This document shows, one piece after another, positions 18,930 through 28,434 of a stretch of 64,000 nucleotides of DNA. A program made the position numbers and the translations under genes. The stretch is from Candidatus Gastranaerophilales bacterium. Lineage in GTDB: Bacteria > Cyanobacteriota > Vampirovibrionia > Gastranaerophilales > Gastranaerophilaceae. Numbering within the stretch: position 1 is the first letter of the stretch; each line of letters opens with the position of its first letter. The stretch covers positions 1,925 to 65,924 of the forward strand of contig CALVAL010000001.1 of NCBI GenBank assembly GCA_944325535.1. The letters are read 5' to 3'. The notes under the pieces are model-generated. The model did no database searches. It was not told the origin of the DNA and worked only from the letters and a program-made list of their open reading frames with translations.

Positions 18930-19387
18930 AGTTCTGATGTGCAATTAGGACATTTAACTGCTTTTATAGGTATTTGAGTGAAGCAATATGGGCATTCTTT
19001 TTGTGAAATTACATTTTGTTCAAGTTTTTCTTTTTGCATTTTATTTTTAAGTGCATTAATAGATTTTATCATTAGAAAAACAGAGCAGCCTACTATTAGA
19101 AAACTGATTACATTATTAAAAAATATTCCATAGTTAATAGTCACTGCACCTGCGTTTTTTGCGGCTTCAAATGTTGAATAATGAATATTATGAGGATATA
19201 TTTGTAAGTAGAGATTAGAAAAATCTACTTTACCAAGTAGTAGGCCAATTGGTGGCATAATTATATCTTTTACAAAAGAGTCTACAACTTTCCCGAAAGC
19301 AGCTCCAATAATTATACCAATAGCCATATCAAGAACATTACCTTTTAAAATGAATTCTTTTAATTCCTTTACCAAGTTTTTGAACAT
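18920..19387 (-). CDS. mscL: Large-conductance mechanosensitive channel with C-terminal CxxC...CxxC zinc-ribbon tail
   Basis: MFKNLVKELKEFILKGNVLDMAIGIIIGAAFGKVVDSFVKDIIMPPIG; tail CPYCFTQIPIKAVKCPNC. Confidence 0.9.
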   Translation of the reverse strand: MFKNLVKELKEFILKGNVLDMAIGIIIGAAFGKVVDSFVKDIIMPPIGLLLGKVDFSNLYLQIYPHNIHYSTFEAAKNAGAVTINYGIFFNNVISFLIVGCSVFLMIKSINALKNKMQKEKLEQNVISQKECPYCFTQIPIKAVKCPNCTSELKK

Positions 19388-19542
19388 AATTTTCTCCTTT
19401 AATACATAATAAATTTAATCAAGTTTGTATACATTATACCTACGATTCACCCACTTGTAGAATAAATATGTTTATGTGAAAATGTACTTAACTGGTAACA
19501 GTGTAAAAATAGTAGTAGTAAAAATATAAAGGGAATTAGAAA

Positions 19543-21633
19543 ATGGCAAGAAAAACTCCATTAGAAAAAATCAGAAATATTGGTATTGCTGCTCACATCG
19601 ATGCAGGTAAGACCACTACAACTGAACGTATCCTGTTCTATACAGGTAAAACTCACAAAATCGGTGAAACTCACGATGGTGCAGCAGTAACTGACTTTAT
19701 GGAACAAGAAAAAGAACGTGGTATTACAATCCAATCAGCAGCAGTAACTGCTTCTTGGAAAGGTCACCAAATTAATATTATTGATACCCCTGGTCACGTA
19801 GACTTTACAATTGAAGTAGAACGTTCATTACGTGTATTAGATGGTGTTGTAGCTGTATTCTGTGCAGTTGGTGGTGTTCAATCACAATCAGAAACAGTTT
19901 GGAGACAAGCTAATAGATATGAAGTACCAAGAATGGTATTCGTAAATAAAATGGATAGAACTGGTGCAGATTTCTATAGAGTAGTTGATCAAATTAAAAC
20001 AAGATTAGGTGCAAATGCTGTTCCTATCCAATTACCTATTGGTGCAGAAGATCAATTCACTGGTCTAATTGATTTAATGACAATGAAAGCTGAAATCTAT
20101 ACAAACGACTTAGGTACTGATATCAGAGAAGAAGAAATTCCGGCTGAATTAGCAGAAAAAGCAAAAGAATATCATGATGCAATGGTTGAAGCTATTGCTT
20201 CTGAAGATGATGCTTTAATGGAAAAATTCTTTGAAGATCCTGATTCAATTACTGTAGATGAATTGAAAGCTGTTTTAAGAAAAGCAGTTTGTGAAAACAA
20301 AATCGTTCCAGTTTGCTGTGGTACAGCATTCAAGAACAAAGGTGTTCAATTATTATTAAATAACGTAGTTGATTATATGCCATCTCCTGTAGATGTTAAA
20401 GCTATTGAAGGTGAATTAGAAGATGGAACAAAAACTGAAAGACATTCTTCTGATGATGAACCATTCTCAGCATTAGCATTCAAGGTTATGACAGATCCAT
20501 TCGTAGGTCGTTTAACATTCTTAAGAGTTTATTCTGGTGTAATTACATCAGGTTCATATGTTCTAAATGCTACTAATGGTAAGAAAGAACGTATTTCAAG
20601 ACTTGTAAGAATGTATGCTGATCAAAGACAAGAAGAAAATGAAGTATACGCAGGTGATATCTGTGCAGCAGTTGGTTTAAAAGATACAACAACAGGTGAT
20701 ACATTATGTGATGAAAAAGCTCCAATTATCTTAGAAAGAATGAGCTTCCCAGAACCAGTTATTTCTGTTGCTATTGAACCAAAAACAAAAGCTGACCAAG
20801 ATAAAATGGGTATTGCATTACAAAAACTTGCTGAAGAAGATCCATCTTTCAGAGTTAAATCTGATACAGAAACTGGTCAAACAATCATTTCCGGTATGGG
20901 TGAATTACACTTAGATATCATTGTTGACCGTATGTTAAGAGAATTCAAAGTAGAAGCTAATATTGGTAAACCTCAAGTTGCTTATAGAGAAACAATTAGA
21001 GGTTCTGCAGAACAAGATTCTAAATTTGTTCGTCAGTCAGGTGGTAAAGGTCAATACGGTCACGTTAAAATTAGAATTGCTCCAGCTGAAGAAAATGCAG
21101 GATTTGTATTTGAAAACAAAATTGTCGGTGGTGCTATTCCTAAGGAATACATCGAACCTGCAAGAAAAGGTATGGAAGAAGCTCTTGAAGGTGGTATCTT
21201 AGCTGGCTTCCCTATGATAGACGTTAAAGTTGAACTATTTGATGGTTCATATCACGAAGTTGACTCTTCTGAAATGGCATTCAAAATCGCTGGTTCTATG
21301 GCTATCAAAGATGGCGCTAAGAAAGCTCAACCTTGTATTCTTGAGCCTATGATGAAAGTTGAAATTGAAATTCCTGATGAATTTACTGGTACTATTATCG
21401 GTGATATTTCAAGAAGACGTGGTCGTGTAGAAGGTCAAGAACCTCAAGGAAATACTGGTAACGTAATCGTTAGAGCTATTGTTCCTCTTGCTAATATGTT
21501 TGGTTATGCAACTGACTTGAGATCAAATACTCAAGGTCGTGGAACATTCTCTATGGAATTCCAACGTTATGAACAAGTTCCTGCTAACGTAGAAAAGGAA
21601 ATTATTGAAAAAGCGGGAGCGAGCAAAGGCTAA
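19543..21633 (+). CDS. fusA: Elongation factor G
   Basis: [32 protein letters not shown], full-length 696 aa. Not flanked by rpsL/rpsG/tuf. Confidence 0.95.
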   Translation: MARKTPLEKIRNIGIAAHIDAGKTTTTERILFYTGKTHKIGETHDGAAVTDFMEQEKERGITIQSAAVTASWKGHQINIIDTPGHVDFTIEVERSLRVLDGVVAVFCAVGGVQSQSETVWRQANRYEVPRMVFVNKMDRTGADFYRVVDQIKTRLGANAVPIQLPIGAEDQFTGLIDLMTMKAEIYTNDLGTDIREEEIPAELAEKAKEYHDAMVEAIASEDDALMEKFFEDPDSITVDELKAVLRKAVCENKIVPVCCGTAFKNKGVQLLLNNVVDYMPSPVDVKAIEGELEDGTKTERHSSDDEPFSALAFKVMTDPFVGRLTFLRVYSGVITSGSYVLNATNGKKERISRLVRMYADQRQEENEVYAGDICAAVGLKDTTTGDTLCDEKAPIILERMSFPEPVISVAIEPKTKADQDKMGIALQKLAEEDPSFRVKSDTETGQTIISGMGELHLDIIVDRMLREFKVEANIGKPQVAYRETIRGSAEQDSKFVRQSGGKGQYGHVKIRIAPAEENAGFVFENKIVGGAIPKEYIEPARKGMEEALEGGILAGFPMIDVKVELFDGSYHEVDSSEMAFKIAGSMAIKDGAKKAQPCILEPMMKVEIEIPDEFTGTIIGDISRRRGRVEGQEPQGNTGNVIVRAIVPLANMFGYATDLRSNTQGRGTFSMEFQRYEQVPANVEKEIIEKAGASKG

Positions 21634-21791
21634 TGCCTTTTTGCTGAACGACAAAAGTCAGTAAAATTAAAATTATAGAGTGGATAAAGCGAAAGCGTAT
21701 CCACTCTTTTTTAAGTCAGTGAAGCAAAAAGCTGTGCCGATTAACGCGAGCGACCAAGATGGCGGGAGCGAGCAAAGGCTAATGCCTTTTT
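21613..21791 (+). repeat. Perfect 30-bp direct repeat of the fusA 3' end (21613-21642 and 21762-21791) bracketing a 119-bp insert
   Basis: gcgggagcgagcaaaggctaatgccttttt occurs twice. Confidence 0.9.
21677..21712 (+). terminator. Rho-independent terminator inside the insert
   Basis: AGAGTGGATA...TATCCACTCT followed by T6. Confidence 0.7.
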
Positions 21792-21812
21792 ACAAATGAT
21801 TATAAATCATAG

Positions 21813-21846
21813 AAAAACGGATGACTTATTAAGTCATCCGTTTTTT
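21813..21846. terminator. Bidirectional terminator
   Basis: AAAAACGGATGACTTATTAAGTCATCCGTTTTTT, between convergent genes. Confidence 0.75.
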
Positions 21847-21870
21847 AAGGAGTTTTGTTTTAACAATAAG

Positions 21871-22200
21871 TTAGTCCCATTTTGTTTTTGCGAATAACTT
21901 ACACCACTCTTCGAGAGCTTCTAAAGATTTATCTAAGTAAAATATTATATTAGTCATTTTTTCAGAGTAAAATTTTGCTTTTTTGTGATATATATTTCCA
22001 GTATTGTTAGCTATATTATTAAGATTTTCATAAAGTGAATATAATTGTATATGACTAGCAACGACGTTTTGAGCATATTTTATAATGTATTCTAATATTG
22101 TTTCATCAAAATTTTGTTCTTTTGAAAAAAGAATTTTTGCGTAGTTGTTTTTGTAATTAATAATATATTTTTCAAAATTTTCGAATTCTTCTTTTAACAT
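21871..22200 (-). CDS. Hypothetical small helical protein, divergent partner of an XRE regulator
   Basis: 109 aa. Strong SD AGAGGTGA upstream. Confidence 0.55.
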   Translation of the reverse strand: MLKEEFENFEKYIINYKNNYAKILFSKEQNFDETILEYIIKYAQNVVASHIQLYSLYENLNNIANNTGNIYHKKAKFYSEKMTNIIFYLDKSLEALEEWCKLFAKTKWD

Positions 22201-22212
22201 TGTTCACCTCTT

Positions 22213-22276
22213 ATCTTATTACATGCAGATATAATCTTATTGTATAAAGTTGATGGCGGTAAGTCAATATCTTATT
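22213..22276. promoter_or_regulatory. Three ATCTTATT boxes in the divergent intergenic region
   Basis: ATCTTATT at 22213, 22234 and 22269. Confidence 0.3.
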
Positions 22277-22302
22277 ATAATAATACGAAAGTTTATTAAA
22301 GT

Positions 22303-22521
22303 ATGATAACAGCTAAAATTGGTAAAAAGATAAAATTAGAACGCAATAAAAGAGACTTATCACAATTAGAGTTAGCAAATAAGGCAGGGCTTGATAAGAA
22401 TACTATTTGGAAGTTGGAGACAGGTCAAGTTTCACCAACTCTTGATACTTTGGAAAAAATTGCCAAGGCTTTAGAAATTGATTTTATGACTTTGATTGAT
22501 GTTAGTAAAGTTGATTTGTAG
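22303..22521 (+). CDS. XRE-family HTH regulator
   Basis: LSQLELANKAGLDKNTIWKLETGQ. Confidence 0.75.
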   Translation: MITAKIGKKIKLERNKRDLSQLELANKAGLDKNTIWKLETGQVSPTLDTLEKIAKALEIDFMTLIDVSKVDL

Positions 22522-22553
22522 TTTATTTTTGATTTTTATTTTATAATTTTTTT

Positions 22554-23081
22554 ATGGATATTTTTGTTATAGAGTTAGTAGATGCTGATAATGTTCATAT
22601 GGAATTGTTAAAAGAATTCCAAAAAAAAGAAATTTCTAATCCAAAGAAATGGAATCAGCATTGTCTTTCTTATTTAATGGTAGATAGGATTTTGAGAGAA
22701 TTCTATCATATTGAAAATAGAGAAGTTGTCTTTAATGGCAATAAACCTTTTTTAAAGAGTAGAGAAAAATTTTTCAGTATAAGTCATAGTGAAGATTTTA
22801 TTGCATTAGCTTTTTCTAATTATGATTGTGGAGTTGATATTGAGAAGATTAAGCTTCGAGAATTTGAAGAAATTTCTAAGCGAATGGGCTTTAAATGCTC
22901 AACATTAGAAGAATTCTACAATGAATGGACTCGCTATGAGGCTGAATATAAGCTTGGTAAGCCAGCTCAAAAATCTAAAAAATTTCACTTTGATGATTAT
23001 GTAATTACTGCTTGCAGTGTTAATATTCAAGAAGAGTTTGAAATATATATTCAAAGCGGACAAGTTTTTCCTAAAGCATAA
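22554..23081 (+). CDS. 4'-phosphopantetheinyl transferase (Sfp-type)
   Basis: FSISHSEDFIALAFSNYDCGVDIEKI and a ...W..YEA.YK-like tail. Confidence 0.6.
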   Translation: MDIFVIELVDADNVHMELLKEFQKKEISNPKKWNQHCLSYLMVDRILREFYHIENREVVFNGNKPFLKSREKFFSISHSEDFIALAFSNYDCGVDIEKIKLREFEEISKRMGFKCSTLEEFYNEWTRYEAEYKLGKPAQKSKKFHFDDYVITACSVNIQEEFEIYIQSGQVFPKA

Positions 23082-23148
23082 GTGTGATTTGATTAAAGAA
23101 AAGTAAAATTTTGCCGATAACTTATTTGTAAGCAAAGGAAGTATAAAA

Positions 23149-23322
23149 ATGGCAAGAATAATTGAATCATCCAATGGTGAAAGAAGGATTATTAAAATGT
23201 CTGTCGAGGATATTTTATCAGTCGTGCAGGATTACCAAAGAATAGTCGGAAGAGTTTCTACAACTGAAGATGCGAGAGATTATTTAAGTGATACTGTAAT
23301 TTATATCCCCGAAGATGTTTAG
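23149..23322 (+). CDS. Possible 57-aa protein
   Basis: Own translation MARIIESSNGERRIIKMSVEDILSVVQDYQRIVGRVSTTEDARDYLSDTVIYIPEDV, with AGGAAG SD. Below the ORF-track cutoff. Confidence 0.45.
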   Translation: MARIIESSNGERRIIKMSVEDILSVVQDYQRIVGRVSTTEDARDYLSDTVIYIPEDV

Positions 23323-24983
23323 TAGTAATCTGATGATGATAAATCTGCAAGAGAATTTTTAGCTTCTTCAAAGGTTGGATCTTGCTCGAGGATCTCTATA
23401 TAGAGTTCCTTAGCTCTATCTCTATTATTATTTTCATATAAAAGTGCTAAATTGTATTTTGCTTTAATTAAATCTGGATCATAGGTGATAGATTTTTTGA
23501 AAGCATCCTCGGCATTTTTAAAATCATGTTGGGCTGCATACATAAGACCAACTCTATAGAGCCCTTGCGGATTTTTTTCATCATATTTAAGTAAATCCGT
23601 AAGAGCTTTTTTTTCTTCAAAAAAGTTTCCAAGTTGATGATGTGCATCAGATAATAATAATAAATATTTTGCTTGATACTCTTTTTGTTTATCAAATTCT
23701 AAAGCTTTATTTAAAGACTCAATTACTGACGGATAGTTTTTTTGCTTGAAGTAATTTTTTGCCATATTATAATAAATTTCTGAGTTTAATGCATTATATT
23801 CAGTTGCTTCTTTTAATAAATCAAAAGAATCATCAATTTTGTCTTTTTTATATAAATCTATAGACCAATCTATATATAGTTCACATAATAATAAGTTTAC
23901 TGTCTTAGCTTCTCTTGGGGTTGCTTTATCAAGTAGAAGTTGATATTTCTCTAATGCTTTTTGATAGTCTTTATTTTGAATATAAGCATCTGCTAATTCT
24001 AGAGTAACGTCAAAACCATTTTGTGACATCATAACCAAATCTTCTAAAATAGCAATGCCTTCATTTGTGCGGTTTAATTTTAAATTAAATGCTGCAATAT
24101 TGTTTCTAATTTTAAATTTATCGGAACCTTGTATATCAAGGAGCTTTTCTGAATATTCTATTGCCTTATCATAATCTTCCGTTTCTACGCTTAAGCTGAC
24201 TAGAGTATCATAAATCCATAGTAAAACTTTTGATTCAGTAACAAACGTTAACATGTATAAAAGTGTTTCTATTGCAACAGGGTAATTTTTTATTTTGATA
24301 TACAATTCTGTTAGTTTTCTATTTGTTAAAACATCTTGAGGGTATATTCCAAGACGAGTTTTATAAGCTTCAAAAGCTGCAGGGTAGTCATGTATTTCTT
24401 CATTTAATTCAGCTAAGATTGATTGTACATCTGCAACATCTTCTTCTAAATCTAATAAATCAGCTAGTACTTCATATGCTCCAATTGATGAAAAAAGTTG
24501 ATCTGTTTCTCTGTAAAGCTCCGCAAGTGTTCTCACAACATCTTTATCAGTTTTTCTATAATCAAAAACGTATTCATATTCTTTTATCGCTTTAAGTGGT
24601 AGTTGTTTTTTTATATAACAATTACCAAGAACTTGCCTTGTTTCAACATTGTTAGATTTTTTTTTCAATATGATGGAGCATTGTTTTATCGCTTGATTAT
24701 ATTTTCTATCCTCATAATATGCTTTTGCTAAATATATTCTAACATCGACATGTCCAGGGACTCTATCTAAATATTTTGTAGCGAGTAGTTGGACTAGTCC
24801 ATATTCTTTTTTATCATATAAAACTTCTACTTGTTCAAGAATATTTTTTGTTGATAATTGTAGTTCATCCCCTTTTTTTCCTGTGCTTCCTTGAAATAAA
24901 ATTATTGAATACAAAATGTAAATCGCAGCTATAGCCGCAACAAAAGCAACTATTATTATTATAATATTTGTATCCGTCATCAA
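23319..24983 (-). CDS. TPR-repeat protein with N-terminal membrane anchor
   Basis: N-terminal hydrophobic helix, then many 34-aa TPR-like repeats. Confidence 0.7.
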   Translation of the reverse strand: MMTDTNIIIIIVAFVAAIAAIYILYSIILFQGSTGKKGDELQLSTKNILEQVEVLYDKKEYGLVQLLATKYLDRVPGHVDVRIYLAKAYYEDRKYNQAIKQCSIILKKKSNNVETRQVLGNCYIKKQLPLKAIKEYEYVFDYRKTDKDVVRTLAELYRETDQLFSSIGAYEVLADLLDLEEDVADVQSILAELNEEIHDYPAAFEAYKTRLGIYPQDVLTNRKLTELYIKIKNYPVAIETLLYMLTFVTESKVLLWIYDTLVSLSVETEDYDKAIEYSEKLLDIQGSDKFKIRNNIAAFNLKLNRTNEGIAILEDLVMMSQNGFDVTLELADAYIQNKDYQKALEKYQLLLDKATPREAKTVNLLLCELYIDWSIDLYKKDKIDDSFDLLKEATEYNALNSEIYYNMAKNYFKQKNYPSVIESLNKALEFDKQKEYQAKYLLLLSDAHHQLGNFFEEKKALTDLLKYDEKNPQGLYRVGLMYAAQHDFKNAEDAFKKSITYDPDLIKAKYNLALLYENNNRDRAKELYIEILEQDPTFEEAKNSLADLSSSDYY

Positions 24984-25118
24984 GTTCTCTCTTTTTTTGA
25001 TTTATATTTACATTATACACAATTTTACAAAAAAGTGAAATACTTAAATTTTAACAGTTTTAGCGTATCTTACTCTCTGTTCTTTACTTTTTTAAATATT
25101 TAGGTATATATTATTATT

Positions 25119-25709
25119 ATGAAAAGAATATTATTAGTATTTATCGTTTTAATGTGTATAATATCAATTCCAGTGAAAGCGGATGATGGATGGGATGATT
25201 TTGGTGATATTGATAGAGCTTGGGATGGTCAAAAATCTATAACAAATCAGGAATTTGAAAAGGCGATAGATACATTAGAAGGTAAAAAGAAACAAAAAGA
25301 CGAAAAAAAACGAAAAAAGATGATTAAAAAAGTAAGCGGCGGCGGACAAAGCCTTCATCCAGAGATGGATGCTAATAGCGAAATACAGGCGCTTACCCCT
25401 ACTAAAAAAAATGAAGATGGTCTATTACTTAATATTCCAGTAAGTCTTATAATAGATGATATTCCTCTAGAAAAAGGTTTTTATAAAGTTATAGCTGAAA
25501 AAGATGAAAATGGTGATATTTATTTTTCTTTTTACCAATCGAGGTTTTTTAAAGGTAAAGTAAGGGCAAGTGAGACAACAAATGATTTTGGTAAAGATAC
25601 AATAGATTTTATAGATCTGCAGTCTTTTGATGATAATTTTATAAAAATTATATATGGTTCATTGGATTTTAATGCCTATGCATATATAAGGTATCAAACA
25701 GAGTATTAA
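25119..25709 (+). CDS. Secreted hypothetical protein
   Basis: Signal peptide MKRILLVFIVLMCIISIPVKA. Lys-rich linker. Confidence 0.55.
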   Translation: MKRILLVFIVLMCIISIPVKADDGWDDFGDIDRAWDGQKSITNQEFEKAIDTLEGKKKQKDEKKRKKMIKKVSGGGQSLHPEMDANSEIQALTPTKKNEDGLLLNIPVSLIIDDIPLEKGFYKVIAEKDENGDIYFSFYQSRFFKGKVRASETTNDFGKDTIDFIDLQSFDDNFIKIIYGSLDFNAYAYIRYQTEY

Positions 25710-25894
25710 ATACTCGCTTATACTCGTTGCATTATTCTAAAATTATGGTATTATTATATAAAAGGTTGTACTGATAAAATTTCAAAAAATAAAAAAAGTA
25801 GAACGGAATAGTTTGAATAAAGGATTGAAAACAGAGTTTAGTAAGTTTATATTTGTAAAGAGAGCAATTTAGAAGTTAGAAGTATAAAAAGAAG

Positions 25895-26563
25895 ATGCGT
25901 AATTATAGAAAGAAAAGAGAAAAAAGAACGTACGACGTTGCTAGTTTAACAGCAGATGAACTAATTGGTGTTATGAAAGCAAGAAGGTTTAATATATCCA
26001 CAAAAGCATTATTGGTTATCCCTGTAGCTTTAGTAGTGTTACCATTACTTGCTTTTTCATTACGACATCAAGAGTTTGAAAATTTAGATGTAGCGCAAAT
26101 GGATTCTATTCAATATGCGACAACACCTTTAAGCGCAGCTGCGTCAAAGAAGGATTTGATTTCTATTCCAGCAGGAACAGTTAAAGCAAATCCGTTTTTA
26201 CCATATAGGGATATCTCAGGTTCGTCAGTTAGTGATGTGCCTAAATATGATTTAGTTGCACCTCCGGAAGTTTTGAACGAAAATTCTGATGCGGCAAGAG
26301 TTATGGATACAATAGTTTCTGGTATCCTTTATGATAAGTTTAGTCCATCAGCAATATTGAATATTGAGGGTAATGACTATTTGGTTAAGAAAGGTGATGT
26401 TGTAAATAATTATCGTATAATTAATATCTTGCAAGACAGTGTTACTGTAAAATTAGGTAATAACGTTTATAAAGCAGGTATTGGTGAAATCTTAACCGAA
26501 GGTTCGGTAAATCATAATGACGTTTCAAATTTAAGTAAAAAATTCGGAGGAGAAAAACGATGA
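25895..26563 (+). CDS. Membrane-anchored protein, possible PilP/GspC-like secretin partner
   Basis: Single TM. C-terminal beta-rich ...GNDYLVKKGDVVNNYRIINILQDSVTVKLG. 4-nt overlap with the secretin gene. Confidence 0.35.
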   Translation: MRNYRKKREKRTYDVASLTADELIGVMKARRFNISTKALLVIPVALVVLPLLAFSLRHQEFENLDVAQMDSIQYATTPLSAAASKKDLISIPAGTVKANPFLPYRDISGSSVSDVPKYDLVAPPEVLNENSDAARVMDTIVSGILYDKFSPSAILNIEGNDYLVKKGDVVNNYRIINILQDSVTVKLGNNVYKAGIGEILTEGSVNHNDVSNLSKKFGGEKR

Positions 26564-28431
26564 AATATAATCATATACAACGATTACTATCAGCAGCGTT
26601 ATTATTAGCGTTTACTGCACCTTCTGCAGTATTTGCGCAAGAGGGAGTTGCTCCTTATACAAGTTCAATGGTTTTATCTGGTGATGTGAAGCTAACTGAT
26701 AAAAATAACAACATAACATTGAGTTTAAGAGACTCTGATGTAAAGCAGGTTTTAAGAATGTTTGCAGATAAAGCTGGTATGAATGTTGTGTTCCATTCTT
26801 CTGTTGATGGTAAAGTGACGCTCGACTTGGTTAATATGCCAATAAATGATGCTTTTAATCTAGTTTTACAAGTAGCTGGGTTGAATTACTATACACAGCA
26901 TAATACTTTGGTGATAATTGCTAAAGACAATGCTGATAATGCTGCTTTTTCAAAACAAGAGATGATGGTATTTCCTGTGAAGTATGTAAGCGCATCTAAA
27001 ATTGCAAGTTTTTTAAATAAAAATGTTTTTAGTATGAAGAAAGCCGGTCTTTCATCAGTGGATGCTGCTACTGTAAATACTGCAACTAACGAAATAATTG
27101 TATTTGGTATGAAATCTGATGCAGCAATCGTTCAGAAGGTTATTGATCAGTTAGACAGAGAACCTCTTGCAAAAACTTTTGCTGTAAATCATACTACTCC
27201 AGCTGAAATGGCAAACATGATTTGTGATGTATTATTGCCATCTAGAGGATCTAGTAGTGGAGATAATAGTTCTTCTGGCGGTATTGCACCTGCTGCGCCT
27301 GGTGTAGGGACTACTGGTGGTGCTGCTGGAATAATTACAGGAGGAGCTGCTTCTGCTTCGTCTTCTAGCTCTGGTTCGGGTTCTGAATTAAAATTAGGTG
27401 AAGGTATTGTGGCATGTACTGTTGCACCATCGACATCTAGTGCTAATAGTTCACCTTTTGATGTCCAAAATTTGGCAATATCTTACTATCCACAGCGTGG
27501 TACTGTAACTGTAATGGGTGGTTCAGAAGCACAGCAAGAAATGATTGCTAATTTTATTAAAGCTAATGATGTAAAGCAACCTCAAGCTTATTTAGAAGTT
27601 TCTATTGTTGAATTAAATGAACAAGGTAGTAAAGAATTTAGTAATGAATGGTCAATTGATTCTCCTAATTGGGCGGTTAAGTTTTCAGGTGGGACAACTA
27701 GTGGAGGAAGATCTGCTGTTCCTGGTACTAGAGAACATGTACCTGTAAAGGTATTGATAGCAAATGAAGATGGAACTTTTTCAGAGAAAGAATCTTTTAT
27801 TCCTCATGAAAAATGGTATGGAGCAGGCCCTTATATCTCTTGGCAAATGAATTATTTGATAGAAAATAAAAAAGCTAGAGTTCTTGCTAATCCTAAATTG
27901 TTGGTTACTAACGGGCAGGAATCCGTAATTGATTTAACTCAAGATTATGTAGAAAAGGTAACATCAGAATTTTTATCTTCAACAGGTGCTGGAGTTGGTG
28001 CTGTTGGTGCTGTACAAAGAACATATACAATAGGTGAAGATAAAGGTATTAAAGTTACATTAACTCCGTTTATTTCTCCAGAGGGCTATGTTACTTTAAA
28101 TATTAAGCCTGAGTATGCTACAGAGGCTGGACAGGTTACAACTCCTTCAGCAACAGGTACTGGAACCGATTTACAAGCAACATTGCTAAGCAGAAGAAAC
28201 TTGGATTTAAAGAATGTTAGAATTAAGGATGGTGAGACTTTAGTAATTGGTGGAATGATTCAAGAAGAAGATTCTAAGGTCGTTCAAAAAATTCCTGTAT
28301 TAGGTGATTTACCAATTATAGGTGCCGCTTTTAGATCAACTACTTCTAAAAAGTCGAAGAGTGAATTAGTTATAATGCTAACTCCAAAAATAATCAATGA
28401 TGGTGAGGGCTCTGTTGCGGATAGTTTGTAA
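26560..28431 (+). CDS. Secretin (PilQ/GspD family)
   Basis: Signal peptide, N0-like ITLSLRDSDVKQVLRMFA..., C-terminal secretin signature KIPVLGDLPIIGAAFRS...LVIMLTPKII. Gly/Ser/Ala-rich linker. Confidence 0.9.
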   Translation: MKYNHIQRLLSAALLLAFTAPSAVFAQEGVAPYTSSMVLSGDVKLTDKNNNITLSLRDSDVKQVLRMFADKAGMNVVFHSSVDGKVTLDLVNMPINDAFNLVLQVAGLNYYTQHNTLVIIAKDNADNAAFSKQEMMVFPVKYVSASKIASFLNKNVFSMKKAGLSSVDAATVNTATNEIIVFGMKSDAAIVQKVIDQLDREPLAKTFAVNHTTPAEMANMICDVLLPSRGSSSGDNSSSGGIAPAAPGVGTTGGAAGIITGGAASASSSSSGSGSELKLGEGIVACTVAPSTSSANSSPFDVQNLAISYYPQRGTVTVMGGSEAQQEMIANFIKANDVKQPQAYLEVSIVELNEQGSKEFSNEWSIDSPNWAVKFSGGTTSGGRSAVPGTREHVPVKVLIANEDGTFSEKESFIPHEKWYGAGPYISWQMNYLIENKKARVLANPKLLVTNGQESVIDLTQDYVEKVTSEFLSSTGAGVGAVGAVQRTYTIGEDKGIKVTLTPFISPEGYVTLNIKPEYATEAGQVTTPSATGTGTDLQATLLSRRNLDLKNVRIKDGETLVIGGMIQEEDSKVVQKIPVLGDLPIIGAAFRSTTSKKSKSELVIMLTPKIINDGEGSVADSL

Positions 28432-28434
28432 AAT

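Noticed and set aside
18920-19387. MscL with an extra C-terminal CxxC...CxxC zinc ribbon looked like a novel fusion.
   Set aside because: I believe this tail is a known variant in several anaerobe lineages, so it is recorded in the feature table only. A database check would settle it.
19543-21633. Stand-alone fusA (no rpsL-rpsG upstream, no tuf downstream) might be a specialised EF-G paralog.
   Set aside because: The sequence looks fully canonical in all G motifs and domain IV. Without the rest of the genome I cannot tell whether another copy exists, so there is not enough evidence to flag it.
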